A stretch of 62,364 bases of DNA, filler included, from Basidioascus undulatus (lineage: Eukaryota): the NCBI GenBank assembly GCA_000826855.1. It is 17 parts of 17 records of this genome, joined end to end, with 100 filler letters (N's around TTAATTAATTAA, not from the genome) between each part and the next. Parts side by side here need not be neighbours in the genome. Positions count along the whole stretch, not along the records: positions 60,018 to 62,364 come from JTLS01002806.1; 16 more parts are not named here. One strand, 5' to 3'. Of the stretch, positions 60,050 to 62,364 are shown one piece after another. The first letter of the stretch is position 1. Every line of letters starts with the position of its first letter. Made by a program: the position numbers and the translations under genes. A model generated the notes under the pieces. The model saw nothing but the letters and a program-made list of their open reading frames with translations. It was not told where the DNA came from and made no database searches.

Positions 60050-61363
60050 GACCTAGGAAACACCAACTACTCGATCCTCCTCCCGCGCTCCTCCTTCTCC
60101 CGCAGGACCAACGCGCTCCTCGTGTCGCGTGCGCTGGGGTCCCTAGGTGTTCCCGCGGAGGTCAACGAGCGCCACGACATCGTCGTGGATGGATTCAAGG
60201 TCTCGGGCAGCGCTTTTAAATTGGTCAATGCTAGGGCGTATCATCATGGGACGATGCTGCTGGATGCGAGATTGGGGGATCTGGGGGAGGCGTTGCGGAA
60301 CGAGAAGGTCTGTTTTGCCTCCTTCCCTGTTCTTTCTTCAAGTCCATCTTTCTGCCTTCCTTGCTTTCGCCTACCGTTTTCCCATCCCCCAACCCACCCT
60401 CTTCTCTGTCTCTTCCGTTCTGCTCGGAGTCGCGCTGATAAGTAATTTGCCGGGGTGGAACAGCACGCGATGCAAACGAAAGGCGTCCCCTCAGTGCGCT
60501 CCCCCGTGCGCAACATCGTGCACTACGTGCCGCACATCACGCACGACGCGTTTGTCGATGCGGTCGTGAGAGAGTTCGAGAAGGCTTATAGCCGGGCTCC
60601 GACCTCATCCTCCGATGACTCCACTACCGCCTCCCCTGCTACTTCTTCTTGCTCTTCCGCCTCCTCGTCCTCCTCCTCAGCCCTGTCCTCCGCCGCCTCC
60701 GAAATGAAGCCCGGCCCCCTACCCGTACGCCTTCCCGGGTTTCAGCAAATTCAAGCCTGCGAGCGCGTAGCTGACGATGAGCGAGGGGAGAAATAGGTCC
60801 GCCAGATCGACGAGCGCGAGCTAACCCACCTCCCACGCGTGCGGGAGATTTACGAGGAGCTGCAGGTACGTTATCCCTTCCCTCCCCTTCCCCCCCTCCT
60901 CCTTTCCCCTCTGACTTGAAAATGGGTTGGACGCGTGGACGGGAACAGAGCTGGGATTGGCAATACGGCCAAACCCCCGAGTTCACGTACGAGCTTGCAC
61001 ATTCCTTCTCCTGGGGCGACGTCGTGCGTCCTTCTTTCCTCCCCTTCACTTTCCCTCCCAGACTCCCTCTTCCTCCTTTCTTCCTTCCTTCCATCTTTCC
61101 TTTCTTCCTTCCTTCCATCTTTCCTTCCTTCCTTCTCTCTTCTCTTCCTTTCCTTCTTCTTACGTTCCCTACCCCAGACCGCCAACCTCACCTCCAAACA
61201 CGGCCTCATCACCTCCCTCTCCCTCTCCTCCCCGCACGACCTCACGGCCCTCGAGCACTCCCTTCTCAACGACCGGTACGCCTCCCTCGACCGCACGCGC
61301 AGCACGCTCCCCGACGGCGGGAAGGAAAGGGAGGTCGTGGAGTGGTTGTTGAGCGAGATGTGA
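60050..61363 (+). CDS. AIM22: Lipoate-protein ligase A-like / lipoyltransferase (Aim22/Lip3), 3' partial
   Basis: DLGNTNYS, VNERHDI, KVSGSAFKL, AYHHGTMLL, KGVPSVRSPV and SWDWQYGQTPEFT. Confidence 0.93.
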
Positions 61364-61382
61364 TTGCGTTGTTTGTACATTG

Positions 61383-62136
61383 TCAAGAGTCGGAAGAGGA
61401 AGAGAAGGAGGAGGAGTAAGAGCGAGGCCACTTGTACTCCACCACGGGCATCAGCGCCGCCCCGACGTTGCGCCCCTCTTCGGAGAGGAGGTTGTAGGTC
61501 GAGGCTGCGTTGCGCTGCGTCGACGCCCGCACAAACATCAGTCTCCAGAGAAAAAAGGAAGCGGAGAGGAACGAAGAGAGTGGGTGGAAGAAGGGGAAAG
61601 GGAGAAAACGCACAGTGTCCAGCACGTCCACTTGGATGCCCAGCTCGTTCAGCCGCTTGCGGAACCACGGCGGCGGGGGGAGGGCCTTGTCCCCGGTTCC
61701 AACAAGCAAGATCTCTGTTTCCCCACTCGCCCATTCAGTCGTTTCCTCTCCCTCACCAACCATATTTCAGAATACGAGACGTACCCGGCCTCGGCACAAC
61801 CACCTCCCACACATCGCACAGCTCCTTCCCCCACCGCTCCCACTCCCTCCCCCAATTGAACGGCGCCCCAGCGCAGGGCGCGTCCCACAGAAACACGCGG
61901 CCGTCGAGGAAGATACACGCCCCCGGAATTACCAGGCCGTCGGTGAGGGTGATCCCGTTCTCTGGGCTGAGGGATTGCACTTGGAGGGAGGGTGTGGTGC
62001 TGAAGAGGTTGGTCAGGCCGGGTCCGGGGGCCTCGGAGCGCGCAGAGGGGGTGGAGTGGAGGAAGCGCCGGGGGGAGGTGCGGAGGGTGGGGAGCGCCCG
62101 CGGGAGGCGGTGGAGGATGGTAGCAGGGCGGAACAT
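61383..62136 (-). CDS. NDUFAF3: Complex I assembly factor NDUFAF3 (Mth938 domain), complete
   Basis: Mitochondrial presequence-like start, then GRVFLW, PRP|EILLVGTG and LGIQVDVLDT|RNAASTYNLLSEEGRNVGAAL; two introns. Confidence 0.92.
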
Positions 62137-62364
62137 GCTGGGGAGGAGGTGGGGGTGAGGGTGAGGGCAGGAAGGCAAGGCGATCCGAAGCGAGAAGGCT
62201 GCCGGGCGATGACGCTCTTTGCCGGCGCGAGCAGGAACCGGGAATCGGCAAATTAATCCTGATCACTCGTCTTGCTGCCTCCATCCCCTCCCCGCCTTCT
62301 TCGTCCCCACCTCACCCCTACCCTCCCCTCTCCCCCACTTTCGCACCAAGTCCAACCCCACCTC

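Noticed and set aside
61363..61383. Very tight convergent stops of AIM22 and NDUFAF3 as a third chimera
   Set aside because: Both proteins appear to reach natural C-termini; overlapping 3'UTRs are common in compact fungal genomes.

Overview
This is not a contiguous locus. It is 17 contigs of a fragmented, GC-rich, intron-dense basidiomycete (probably Pucciniomycotina-like) genome, joined by 16 artificial 100-nt linkers (N44-TTAATTAATTAA-N44). Sixteen contigs are about 2.35-2.39 kb and one is 22.9 kb (19814-42711). Most contigs carry partial housekeeping genes: PEX26, an Mbp1/Swi4-type ankyrin transcription factor, an arrestin adaptor, BEM1, GPI2, a Sec2-domain protein, SDS22, La, asparaginase, a C2H2 factor, GluRS, SOK1, MSS4, importin-9, GPI3, NOP9, lipoate ligase and NDUFAF3. 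The long contig carries complete elongase and VPS13 genes plus a decaying accessory patch. There is one Ty1/copia and one Ty3/gypsy relic, and three tRNA loci. The standout is at 2490-2553 (-): the 3' half of a tRNA-Trp lies upstream of its own 5' half, separated by one nucleotide. This is a candidate circularly permuted tRNA gene, a layout I know from red and green algae, a nucleomorph and an archaeon but not from fungi; the contig ends before the anticodon. Other points are frequent GC-AG introns, a self-priming gypsy element with a frameshift pseudoknot, CpG-directed decay of both retroelements, a palindromic-core repeat array, a deletion-riddled ADE6, and two tail-to-tail truncated gene joins that warn of possible chimeric assembly. 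All family calls come from motif recognition by eye; no searches were run.
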